From assembly GCA_943704425.1 (NCBI GenBank), contig CALSCP010001740.1:1-39219 (forward strand): DNA of 39,219 nucleotides. Direction: 5' to 3'. This stretch comes from Ministeria vibrans ATCC 50519. Lineage: Eukaryota > Protista > Filasterea. Of the stretch, positions 1-18,200 are shown piece after piece (within the stretch, counting starts at the first letter, position 1; each line of letters starts with the position of its first letter). A model generated the notes under the pieces. It did not search any database. It worked only from the letters and a program-made list of their open reading frames with translations, and was not told the DNA's origin. Both the position numbers and the translations under genes were made by a program.

Positions 1-113
1 ATGAAGAACAACTGGCAAGGGCTGCTTGTGGGGCGCATTTGGAGCGAGTGGGACGAAACGCGCAACGAAGGCGACATTCTGTTCTTTCGCGATGGCAGTG
101 GTGTGTAAATACA
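1..113 (+). repeat. Left copy of a 113-bp perfect inverted repeat shared with the right end of the window
   Basis: Bases 1-113 (atgaagaacaactgg...gtgtgtaaataca) are the exact reverse complement of 39107-39219, and identity stops at 114. Frame +1 reads MKNNWQGLLVGRIWSEWDETRNEGDILFFRDGSGV-stop (1-108). Confidence 0.97.
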
Positions 114-344
114 CAATCATTAATAATTATTTTTTATCAGATTGTGAAAGGAAACTCGAAGAGAGTACGAATGGAGCGTCTTGTTCACCGCAACACACTT
201 CCATCACAACTATGCATCGTTTGACGTTGTCTCGGCAGGCCTGAGCGAGAAACAGATCTCAGTCTGCGATGAATAGAATCGAAACGTTTTCTGAGTTTTT
301 CCCAATTCACTCCACTTTTTATTCACTTTGTTCTGTCCGCGACC

Positions 345-2048
345 ATGGCAAACAAGACCGGCCACATTGGCAAAGTGATCCCCGTCGCGCCGACGCCCAC
401 GTTCCACCACGTCGACGACACGCAGATCCACAAGCACCGCCGGAAGGAGGTACCGAATGCACTGCCTTCCCCTGCCACCCGGCGCCCCTCCACGCCTCCT
501 TGCTGTGGCGCGCGCGCTCCCGTGACGCGTGCGTCCCGGAACGCACTTTACGTCGCACGACAGAAAAAGAAAAAGAAGAAAAAAGGATTCTGTCTGTGTG
601 GAGACGTTTGCGCTGGCTCTTCCTCTGGCTGTCCCGCGTCTGGTCGATGTGGATGCTGAGGCCCGAGTGCCAACGCGCTTCCCATTGTCTCTCGTTGCGT
701 CTGTTCGTTGTGTGACTTGGGATGACTTTTTTTTTTTTTTATTAATAACAATATTACTCGTGAATATCTTTCAGTGCCGATCAGTCGCCACCTCATCTCA
801 TCCCACGGCGTCTTTTTTTTTTTTCTCTCTCTCTCTTGCCTCTCTCCCTGCAGCTTCTTGAGAAGTACCCTGATCTGGCGGATCTTCGAAAGCCCTACCT
901 GCCGTCGGCGCTGTACGTCATTGGAATTGTGGCGGCGCAGCATTTCATTGGTGTCAAGGCAGCCGAGCTGCAGCTTGGCGGACTCGGTAGACACACTCTC
1001 CTGTTCTCTGATTACTGTCATTCACACTCCTTCTCTCAGCGGTGTTTCTGCTGGCGTACACCATTGGCGCAACCCTTGTGCACGCCATGTGGGTGCTGAT
1101 CCATGACCTGACTCACGACGCTGTCTTTGAGAGCAAGTTTCTCAACCACATCTTCCACCTTCCCGCCAACCTCCCGATCATTTTCCCGGCCGCCTTTGGC
1201 TTCCGCCACTACCACCGTCTGCACCACGCCTACCTCAACGAGAAGTACAACGACCCCGACATGCCCGGTCCTCTCGAAGGTGTGAAAAAGAACAAGAAGG
1301 GGTAGAGGGAGAGAAAGAAACTGAACATATAAACGTTACGCAGCGAAAATCTTTGGAAACAGCGCAATTGGCAAAGCCATTTGGCTGTGCTTTTTTGGGC
1401 TGATCCAGAGCATCCGCGTGCACCGCTACCATGGGCGACTGGACCTGCCGACCGTTGCGCAGTGGGCGACCCAGATTGCATATGTGTACTACCTGGTGAC
1501 GCAGCACAGTTGGCAGTGCATTGTGTACATGTTTGTGTCTTCACTCTTTGCCATTGGGCTTCATCCTCTCGGTACGTACACATATCCATGCCGTCCATCT
1601 TTCTCTCTCTCTATGTGTGTGCGCGTGTGTCTGTGCGTGTCTCTCTCTACATCTACATCTGTGTGTCTCTTACCCCACTGCCTGTGTCTTAGGCGCACGA
1701 TGGGTGAGTGAGCACTACAACACGCACGAAGGCCAAGAGACATATTCGTACTACGGTGTTCTCAACAAGGTCTCGTTTAACATCGGTTACCACAACGAGC
1801 ACCACGACCTGCCCCGCGTTCCCTGGAAACGTCTGCCCGACGTCAGTGCACGTGCCCCCGAGTACTACTCCTCTCTCGTCGAACACCCGTCGTACACCAA
1901 AATGCTTTTCGACTTCATCTTCAACCCCCGCTTCACCCTCGAGTCGCGCGTCATCCACCCCTCTTACACCGCCATCTGCGACCACACCAACACCCAGGAT
2001 CGCGACGACGTCAAGGCCCGTCTCAGCGAGTCCAACAAGACCAAATGA
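345..2048 (+). CDS. DEGS1: Sphingolipid delta(4)-desaturase (DES1/DEGS family), 5 exons
   Basis: The spliced product has the N-terminal H..RRKE.L.KYP motif, His boxes HDLTH, HRLHH and HNEHH, and the family motifs GLHPLGARWVSEH and ETYSYYG.LN..FNIGYHNEHHD. GT-AG introns lie at about 450-853, 987-1039, 1280-1343 and 1572-1692. Confidence 0.93.
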
Positions 2049-2397
2049 ACACATACAGAGCGAAAACAAAAAAAATACAAAATAATACTAATAGCAATCG
2101 ACTACTCACCCTAATACGATAGTGAGGAAGTGGTTCAATACTTTGTTACGTTTGGTTACAACTTCGACTGAGAGAGAGAAAGTGATTGAGCGAGTCATTC
2201 ACTTACGATTGAAGTCACGAGTGAGACTGCCAAAGTGACAAGTGGAGCAATTGTCACACCACCACTGAGAGGTGCGTCAATTGTCACTCATTTTTAGTAC
2301 TGTAAAATTGTGTGTAAATATCCTGTAGAAAATTTCGAACTTTTTTTTGGAATTTGGAATATTATTTTGGTATTTTTTTAGTTATCTTTATTTTCTC

Positions 2398-3534
<1,137 letters not shown>

Positions 3535-3582
3535 TTCCGTTGTAATAATAATTATCATACAAATACACATCATAAACAATCA

Positions 3583-3585
<3 letters not shown>

Positions 3586-3678
<93 letters not shown>

Positions 3679-3900
3679 GGAGAAAGAAACAAAGTGATAG
3701 AGAGAGAGAGAAGAAGAAGAAAGAAACAAAGTGATAGAGAGAGAGAAGAAGAAGAAGAAAGAAACAAAGTGATAGAGAGAGAGAGAAGAAGAAGAAGAAA
3801 GAAACAAAGTGATAGAGAGAGAGAGAAGAAGAAGAAGAAAGAAACAAAGTGATAGAGAGAGAGAAGAAGAAGAAAGAAACAAAGTGATAGATAGAGAGAG
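3586..3900. repeat. (GA)n tract followed by a tandem minisatellite of AGAAAGAAACAAAGTGATA-(GA)n-(GAA)n units, between the convergent TIP41 and SMARCAL1 3' ends
   Basis: About six copies of AGAAACAAAGTGATAGA are directly visible at ~35-45-nt spacing. Confidence 0.95.
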
Positions 3901-3922
3901 ACAAAACGGTTAATTGGCTCAA

Positions 3923-6347
3923 TTAGCTCTGAGGATCACACTCGTTCATGAGATCAAGTAAAAGCGCATCGTCGACCACATTGGAGTCGTCTGGCACATT
4001 CACACACTCCACCACGCCACTTCCACTTGCGCCCTTATTGGGCTCACTCACACTGGCCACACACACTCGTTTGCTCCACTCGGGCCCTTCCTCGGCATTC
4101 TCATCGCCCTGCTTGGTCAATGGCTCAAGATACTTCCACAGCGTGCGCGACATGGGGTCCAGTGCACCCTCGGCCGGCCGTCGCATCGCCACTTTGGTCG
4201 TCTCAGGCGCGTCCAAGTCACTCTTGCGCGCCATTCCACACTGCTCCAGCACCGACAACTACAAAAAGAGACGTCAGATGCACAGCACTTCATCTAATCT
4301 CTCTCCTATACTTTGTGGTGAAGCATTGGCCAAATTTTGTCGTCAACTGTCCCTTTGCACAACAAATAGTGAATGGTTACGGGATTCTCCTGTCCAAATC
4401 GATGTACTCGGTCTTCGCATTGACTCAATATTCCCGCTAAAAATACATTCAGTCAGCCAAAGTTCTCCAAATGTCACCTCAACAAAATAATTGGTAGTAC
4501 GGTTCCAGAATAACTCCGCCATGACAACGGTATGAGCGCGCTACAAAAAAAAAAACAAACAAACAAACAAGCAAACACAAAAAAACAATACAATCGTTAT
4601 TTTAGAATCGCCGAACACTTTCGCTTTATACTGTGAGGGTGAAACCCGAGTTGGCGGCGGTGATGGAAAGAACGCCGACGCGACAGGGGTCGTGTTCGTC
4701 TTGAAAGCGGTCAATGCCTCGCTGGCGGGTGTCCGCTGTTGTCGCACCGTCGATACGCATGTAGCCAACACGACGACGTTGGAGCATGTCGCAGAGGGCA
4801 TCCAAGAGCGACTGGTGGTGTGCGTAGACAAGAAATTTGTGTGTAGTGTCAAGCATCTCGGCGACGTAGTTGACGACGGCCGTCTGCTTCATATTGGCCG
4901 TGTCGGTGAACAGCCGCAACAGTTGACCTTGGCCTCCTTTGGCACCGCTGGCGCCACCAGGCGCAGCTCTCTTGCGACCAGTCTCGTCGGTCATCTCTGT
5001 GATGCGCCGTGCCATTGACTCGACGTGAATCGGAGACGGTGGTGGCAGGTGTACCTGACGACGCACCTTGGGCGGCAGTTGACTGGCGACGTCTGTCTTG
5101 CGACGTCGCACCATGACACACTCCTCGAGCAGCAACTGGAGCTCTTCCAAGTGCGACGCACCCGTCATGTCCACGCCAAAGTGCGTGCGTTTCGCATCAC
5201 AATACCGTGCAGCAAACTCCTGCAGCGAGCCCAGCAGCTTGGGCGACACAGCCTGCACTTGAGGGTACAGCTCCAGAGGACGACTCATTGCGGGTGTACC
5301 TGTCAACAGCAAGGTTCGGCGCGCGTTGCGCAAAAAGGGCAGGAGTTTTTTGGTCTTCTCTGACTTGAGATTCTTCATGTTGTGCGACTAGCAAAAAAAG
5401 TGGAGCAGACAAGATGAGAGCTTTTGGGGTGAAAATTTTTGTGCGTGTACCTCGTCTGCAATCATGATTTGGGGACGTAGCAGGTTGAGTGCTGCGGCGT
5501 GGACCGAGACGAGGTCGTAGGAGATAATGTAGACGCGCGACGAACCAAAGACAAACTTGCGCGACATGACGACGCTCACTTCGTCGGACCGAAGAGTGTT
5601 GGGAAGCCATTTTTGCAGGGCCAACTTCCATGTTTGGCGGAGCGACGAAGGAGTCACAATGACGAGGGGCCACTCGGAGGAGTAGTAGGACGCAATGGCG
5701 AGGGCACTCACGGTCTTGCCAAGGCCCATATCGTCGGCAAGGAGTACGCGACCGTTGAACTTTTGCACGACGTGCGTGACCCCACGTCGCTGAAATGGCA
5801 TGAGAGAGTCGCGCAGTTTGGCATCGATGCGTTCCCACTCGACAGGCGCTCGTGTTTGTGCTGCAGCGAGAGGCGGTTTGACAAACAAGTCGTAGATGCA
5901 GCGGGGTAGACCCTTAACAAGAATGTCGGGGTAGCGGGCAAGCGTCGAGCACATTTCGGTGTAGTGGTCGAGACTAAACGTCCACTGGCATCGTTGCGGA
6001 TTGTACGATTTGGACGGAATGCGCTTGAACGCCTGAACGATGCGCGTGTCGTAGGTAGACGACACGGAGAAACGATCGCGTGCAACCAGCTCGACGGTGA
6101 CCACAGTGCCGTGTGGGGTAGCGCCAAACGAGGTGGTCGGCGAGCCAGTTGACGACGTGCTTCGAACGGGACTCGCTGCCTGCGCAAGCTTCAAGGGCGG
6201 GGCCCGCGGCGCCGTGGTACCAGCTGCTGTTGCTGTGTTGATAGCGGTGGTTGCGCTTGCAGGTGCTTGCTGGGGCCGGGTGGTGGAGTGAGCAGGCAAG
6301 TTTGAAACGCTTAAAGTTGGCGCCACACACTCAAAGGGTTGTTTTTT

Positions 6348-6378
<31 letters not shown>

Positions 6379-6461
6379 GCCGCCGCTGCCGCTCTCCTTG
6401 CCAAAGCTGCTTGGCGATTAGCCTCTATCTTGGCAGCAAGGTCGCTGGGGATGGAAGACAT
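3923..6461 (-). CDS. SMARCAL1: SMARCAL1/HARP-like SNF2 annealing helicase, 5 exons
   Basis: One HARP domain (FSVSSTYDTRIVQAFKRIPSKSY..QWTFSL). SNF2 motifs LMPFQ..GV, LLADDMGLGKT, DE|SH, LLTGTP..SRP.ELY.Q, RIDGAT, ELFWNPG and QCEDRVHRFGQ are present. Confidence 0.93.
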
Positions 6462-6539
6462 TGAAGATTTAACTGATCGTTCATCGTTTAACGTTATTAG
6501 TACCTACTTTTCACTCAGATTTTTAGAATTTTCATCACA

Positions 6540-7906
6540 ATGGTGCAAATCACGCTCAAAACGTCGCGCGGCAAGGAGTTCGTGCAAGTGGATGGCCAAC
6601 TGCCGATGACTGTGATTCAGTTGAAGAAGCTGATTCAGCAGAAGAGTAAGAACAAACCAGTGCCTCTTACGCCCACGCTCACCCTCCTGTCTACTTTGCA
6701 GAGAAGTCCCTTTACTCGGACCGTCAAGGAATCAAGCGTGAAGCGAGTATGCAAACGAAAAGAAGAACACTCGTTTTTTTTTTTCTCCTTTTTCTGTCAC
6801 TCACTTCGCTCTCTTTCTCTCTTTCTGTCTCTGTCTCTGTCTCGCTCTCGCTCTCGCTCGCCCTCTCTCCAAAGAGGGAAAGATGCTGAAGGACTCTGAG
6901 ACACTCAGCGAGTCGGACACGGTGCTGATCTTCAAGGATCTCGGTGCGCAAGTGGGCTGGTCCACGGTACGTCTGCGTCTGCGCATATGCGCGTATTATG
7001 CCCCGCACCCTCTGAACCCACGCACACGCGTGCTTTCAGGTTTTTCTTTCCGAGTACATGGGACCGCTGTTTGCCTACATGCTGTTCTACTGTCGTCCGG
7101 AGATTGTGTATGGCGCTGGTGCAGCGGACGCCCCGCGCCACTATGTTGTGCAGTGGGCTGCCATGGCCTGGTGCTTCCACTACATCAAGCGTGTTCTGGA
7201 GACCATCTTTGTGCACCGTTTCTCGCACGCGACCATGCCCATCTTCAACCTCTTCAAGAACTGCAGGTAAGCAAGCAGAATGCGACGATCGCGAATCACT
7301 CACTGTGTGTCTGTTTTTTTTTTTTTTTGTTTTCAGTTACTACTGGGGATTCGCTGCGTTTGTGTCGTACTTTGTGAACCACCCGCAGTACACTGCCCTC
7401 GAAGACGACAACATGATCCTTGCCTTCCTCATCGGATTCATCGTACCCCAAGCACATATACAAAAAAAAAAAAAAACAACAGACAAGAAAAATGACGGAG
7501 TCTTTCTTTTCAGGTGTGTGAGTACGGCAACTTTGCGATCCACTGTGCTCTGCGAGACCTGCGTCCGGCAGGATCGAAGGAGCGCAAGATCCCGATGCCC
7601 ACGGGCAACCCCATGACGCAGATGTTCTCCTTCTGCTCATGCGCCAACTACACATACGAGATTGGCAGTTGGTTCTTCTTTACGCTGATGACCTGCTCGG
7701 TTGCCAGTAAGCCACACATACCCACGCACGCACTCTCAAATGCGTTTGTGTTTCTCACTTTCTGTTTCTCTGTGTAAGGTGGCCTGTTTCTGTTTGCCGG
7801 CGCATTCCAGATGATCATTTGGGCAAAGGGAAAGCAGAGGAACTACCGCAAAGAGTTCCCGTCGTACCCCAAATCGCGAAAGGCAATTATTCCCTTCCTC
7901 ATCTAA
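6540..7906 (+). CDS. TECR: Very-long-chain enoyl-CoA reductase (TECR/TSC13), 7 exons
   Basis: Ubiquitin-like N-terminus followed by FKDLGAQVGWSTVF..EY.GP, HYIKRVLET.FVHRFSHATMP.FNLFKNCSYYW and CANYTYE, ending YRKEFPSYPKSRKAIIPFLI. Confidence 0.95.
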
Positions 7907-7994
7907 AATTACACACACGCACACACACATACTCGTTTTCAAAATACACAACAACAAAACAACTCTCACACACAAAAAAGAAAATAGTGTATTC

Positions 7995-9296
7995 TTAATA
8001 TGCGACAGTATTCAAGTTTCTGTGTTTTTCCTGAGACACGGAGAGTTTTTGCTTTGCGACGACACATGAGAGATAGTGGTCGAGTGCGCGAGTGGTGAGT
8101 GCAGAGGAGGATCTGGCACGTACGATCGACGCGCATGCGACAATGGATGCACTGCGCAAGTATCCACTTGATCGCTCACTCACTGCCTCTTCTTCTGCAT
8201 CGGTGAAAACAGTTCATAGTGTGTGAGTCGATGCCTTCAATCCTTTTGTTCTTTGTCCCTCCCTCCCTCCTCTCTCTCTCTCTTTATCATTTTGTCCCTT
8301 CTCTCTCTTCTCCTCAGTCTCACATAAGAATTTTTATATCTATTTTTGTTGTTACGTTGAATTTGGCGGCTGAGTTGATCGTCTGTGACTGTGATGAGAT
8401 TAAAGCGGGTAAGAAGAGCTGGAATAAGACTGCCGGGCGCCACTGAGAGCTGGTCAATGTCAGGAAAGTCAAAAAGACGGTCTGCGTTGGACGCAAAGTG
8501 GCGGTGAAGATCGGCTGTGAGCAGTTGAGCTTTGCGCGCGAATGTGAGTTCGATGGAGTCGATAAGGGCGGTGTCGTTGAAAGCGGGGAATTCGTGAACG
8601 AGACGCTCGACAAGGCCGTTGGCGGTACGATCTGATTTCACAGTGTCCAGAACAAACTACAAAACGCAAACGCATTGGAAAATCAGATCAGATCAGTGTT
8701 GAAGTCAGTTCAAGTTGCAATTTAGTACGTGTCCCAGAGTGAGGTAGCCGAGACGGTGAAGAGCAGCGGCGGTTTCGTGGAGGGTCTCTTTGATGGCGTC
8801 AAGCAGGGGTCGTACGGGCGAGGGTTGCGAGTAGGTGAAAGCGCCCGACTCGTGCGGCACGTCAATGTGGAGTGGCAGACCAAACGCCTGAGCTACATCC
8901 TGAATCGACATGGCGGCGAATTCACTCGCACTCAGCGTGGATCCGCCAATGTGCATGCACATGACACCGTAGGATATGGTGGAGAAGACGCCGCGTCCGG
9001 TAGCCGCATAGATTTCGCGCTGTAGGCTTGAGCCAAAGTTGAGCAGATGCAAGGTCGAGAGAAAATTGATTTCGATCAACTGCGAGTCGAAGCGTAAGGG
9101 AAACTTGCGCGGCGAGCCATTATCCAAGTCGGGCAGGTTCCGAGCAAACTCCTCCAGCTCGTCCGCATTGATCTAAGTCAAGAGAGTCGCAGGGTGAGCA
9201 AAGTTCGCGAACTGTACATGATCGTACGCGAACTGGCGACTTCTCCGACTTGAGCAGCTCTTCAGCCCCCGATAGAATGCGAGCAAGAAAGGCCAT
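7995..9296 (-). CDS. DUF2419 / queuosine salvage (QNG1-like) family protein, divergent, 4 exons
   Basis: Motifs FPLRF..LNFGS, ATGRG, LVHEFPAFND, FARKAQLLTADLH, F.DIDQL, LRSASIVAC and ALDHYL resemble the DUF2419 pattern FP.F.D / F.KRAQ...DL / D.D.LT / LD.YLW. Confidence 0.7.
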
Positions 9297-9569
9297 TGTA
9301 AAAATGATCGACAAGCCAAACAGAACAAAGCGAATGATGACAATGATAATTAATGCTTGTGGAATGAGTCGTGAGATCGCAAATTCGTACACATTCATAT
9401 TCATGACAAATCAAAAATAAATTATTTTCAAAATTTTAATCACATTTATAATTATTCAAGTAAACACATAGTCAGGCAGGCAGACAGTCGCATTATCCAC
9501 TCAGATACATACAAACACGCGCTTGTGCGCCACCCAAGACGACACTGAGCTCGACAATCACCCACAACC

Positions 9570-15005
<5,436 letters not shown>

Positions 15006-15268
15006 CTTATACTATAATTATCCATTTCATTTGTACTGCGCCAGTAAAAAACCTCTATTATGTATTAATTTATTATAATAATTATTATTAACAACAATTA
15101 TTATTATTATTATTAGAGAATCGCGAGCAATAATAGTATTATAAATATTTTGTGTAGACTTTACAATGAAAAACTAAAACAGCAACAGAAAATCAATCAC
15201 AAATTCACAATCAGTTCTGAAAAACTCAAGACTGAAATTGAAAGATCAAATAATTATCAGTTTGCGCA

Positions 15269-18200
15269 ATGCGTGTCGGTCTGCTGTGGTCCGACAACAT
15301 TGCGGACAAGGACGGCGTTCCGCAAGTGTACGTATTTGTCTTAGGACAACATGACAATAATAATTATTTTGACACCAGTGGATTTCGTTGGCTATTTCCA
15401 GCATTCAAGACTTGGCCATCTCTCCCGACGGCACACAGTTTGTTGCGGGTGCTGGTAGCCGTGTGTTGGTGTACGATTTGACCAAGGGCATGCTGGTGGA
15501 GTCGCTTAAGGTGAGAAGAGGTGTTTTTTTTTTTGAAAAGTTCAACGTGAAAACGTTGTGTCCTGTGCAAACCAACGCGTTGCTGGCTCAACGTGAGCGT
15601 CCACCGTATGTGGATTGATTGAATGATGTATTTTTTGGAAAGGGATTGGGGTGTGAACGTGGCGTGAGGGAGAAAGTATTCAAAAAAGCGTTTTTGGTGT
15701 GCGTGAGTGAGTGGTGACGCAGAGTGATTGACGTTGCCATGAAACCAACGAGGCAATATTCACGCAGCCGTGGTGCACGCGAAGAGACACGTGGAAGAGG
15801 GGCCATTGTGGAAGGGGTGTTGGTAGTGGTTATGCTGGCAAATTAAAGGGTAGAGAGAGATTGACTCAAAACAAAAAACGTATTATTTTAGGGGCACAAG
15901 AACCTCGTACAGACAGTGGACTATGCGCGTGACGGTGAGTTGTAGATGGATGCGTAGAATCCTGCACGGATGTGTTGTATGCAATTTGAACTGGATGCAT
16001 GTGTTGTATGCGTAGGCAAGCACTTTGCAACAGGCAGCGCAGACAAGTCGGTGATTGTGTGGGCACCCAACGTACGCAGCGCAATATACGATCAGAAAGA
16101 AGTGCATAGGCATTGATGACATTACTCGGTGTAGCTCGAAGGCGTGGTGCGATTTAGCCACACGGATGCAGTACAGGCGGTTCGCTTCAACCCAGTGTCA
16201 CCTCAAATGCTTCTGACGGTGGGCACCAATGACTTTGGTGTGTGGTCGCCTGGTATCAAGACTGTCTCCAAGACCAAAGTGAACACGCGCATAGTGAGTG
16301 CGGGCTGGACCAACGATGGCCAGTTTATTGGATTAGGTGGGTTGAATATTGTCATTACCCTATATAATAATATAATGTTTTAGTTTCCCCAGTACTAGTC
16401 GTATACAAACGAACGAGAGATAAAACCAAAATGTATGGATGCGTAGGTCTGTCGAATGGGCTGGTGAGTGTGCGGACGCGCAACGGAGACGAGCGCAACA
16501 AGATTGAGACGCGTCTAGAGACACCTGCGTTTTCACTGGCGTGGAACCCTGTGCTGGAAGACGTGCTGGTCGTCGGTGACTGGATGGGTAACGTGGGGTT
16601 TTTTCAGAGCAACGGCAGTCGTCTGGCACCTCCCAAGCAGCTTCCGTTTGGCGTCACATCCGTCGATTTCAGTGCATCCGGTGAGTACATGTTGCTTGGC
16701 GGAGCAGACCACAAGGTACGATGTATAAGTATATAATTATATTAATTATCATTATACTTTGAACTTTTTTTTTGACTTACGGTCTATCAATCAATGACAA
16801 TCTAATTGCATTTGTAGGCGCATTTGATGACAAAGGATGGAATTCACTTGTCAAACATTGGCGAGAACTTTGGAGAGTGGGTGACTTGTGCCCGATTGTG
16901 CCCTGACCAGGTCAGTAGACAACTGAGTCTTTTATAATTATTAGAAGAACGGAACGCTAAAAAGAAAGGAGAAGGAAAAAAAAGTGATACATCGAGAGGA
17001 AGAGAATTGATGGACGTAGTCACACTATTACTCATCATTTATGTGTGTGTAGAATGTTGCGATTGTGGGAGGCAACGGAGGAACGATTGGAGTGTATTCG
17101 CTAACGTATGCGACGGTGCATGGGCTGTACGCGGAGCGGTATGCGTTTCGGGACGGGATGACAGATGTGGTGGTGCAGCAGCTGCTGACGGACGAGCGGA
17201 CGCGAATCAAGTGCAAGGACCTTGTGCGCAAGATTGCTATTTACAAGGAGCGACTCGCCGTGCAACTGACGGACCGGGTGATGGTGTATGAGCAGGTGAA
17301 AGACCCTAGCGATGCGCCCAGTGCCGTTGTCGGCGCTACCGATCTGCAGTACCGACTGGTGACCAAGATTATGCGTGACCTACCCTGTTCGCTGCTGGTG
17401 GTCACGGGCGACCACCTGTTGCTGTGCCTTGAGCGCCGTCTGCAGCTCATTCGCAGTACCTCGGGTGAAACTGAGCGCGAATGGAGCATGGAGTCGCCCA
17501 TTCGATACATCAAGGTGAGCGCTGTGTGTTCCTGCCACATACAACGCGAGTGCACGTCTATTTAATTTGAATTATTTGCATTGTAGGTGATTGGAGGGCC
17601 ATCGGGGCACGAAGGACTGCTTGTGGGAATGAAGAATGGAAATGTAGTGAAGATCTTTGTGGACAATGCGCTTGCGATTCCACTGGTCACGGGCCGGCAC
17701 TCGGTGCGATGTCTAGATCTGAGCATCGGCCGCAACAAGTTGGCGGTCGTCGACGACACCGGCACGTGCAGTGTGTACGACATGCGCACGCGCGCTCTGC
17801 TCTTTAGCGAGCCGCACGCGAGCAGCGTTGCCTGGAACACCCAGAACGACGACCTGCTGTGCTTTTCGGGCAACGGCATGCTCACGATCAAGGCGGCGTC
17901 TTTCCCGGCGCACAAACAAAAGCTCAATGGTTTTGTCGTGGGCTTCAACGGCTCCCGCATCTACTGCCTCCATCAGTTCAACATGAATGCCATTGACGTG
18001 CCCCAGGGCGCCTCCCTTGCTCAGTACCTCGAGCGCAAGCAGTTTGACGGCGCCTACCGCATTGCCTGTCTGGGTGTCACTGACAGAGTAAGAAAACTCC
18101 CGAGAGTGGGTGTGTGAGTGCGCATTGGACCAGATCGTGTCTATAAGCTCGGTTTTTCTTGACGTGGCTCTGACGGTTTACAATTGTTTCCATTTTGTAG

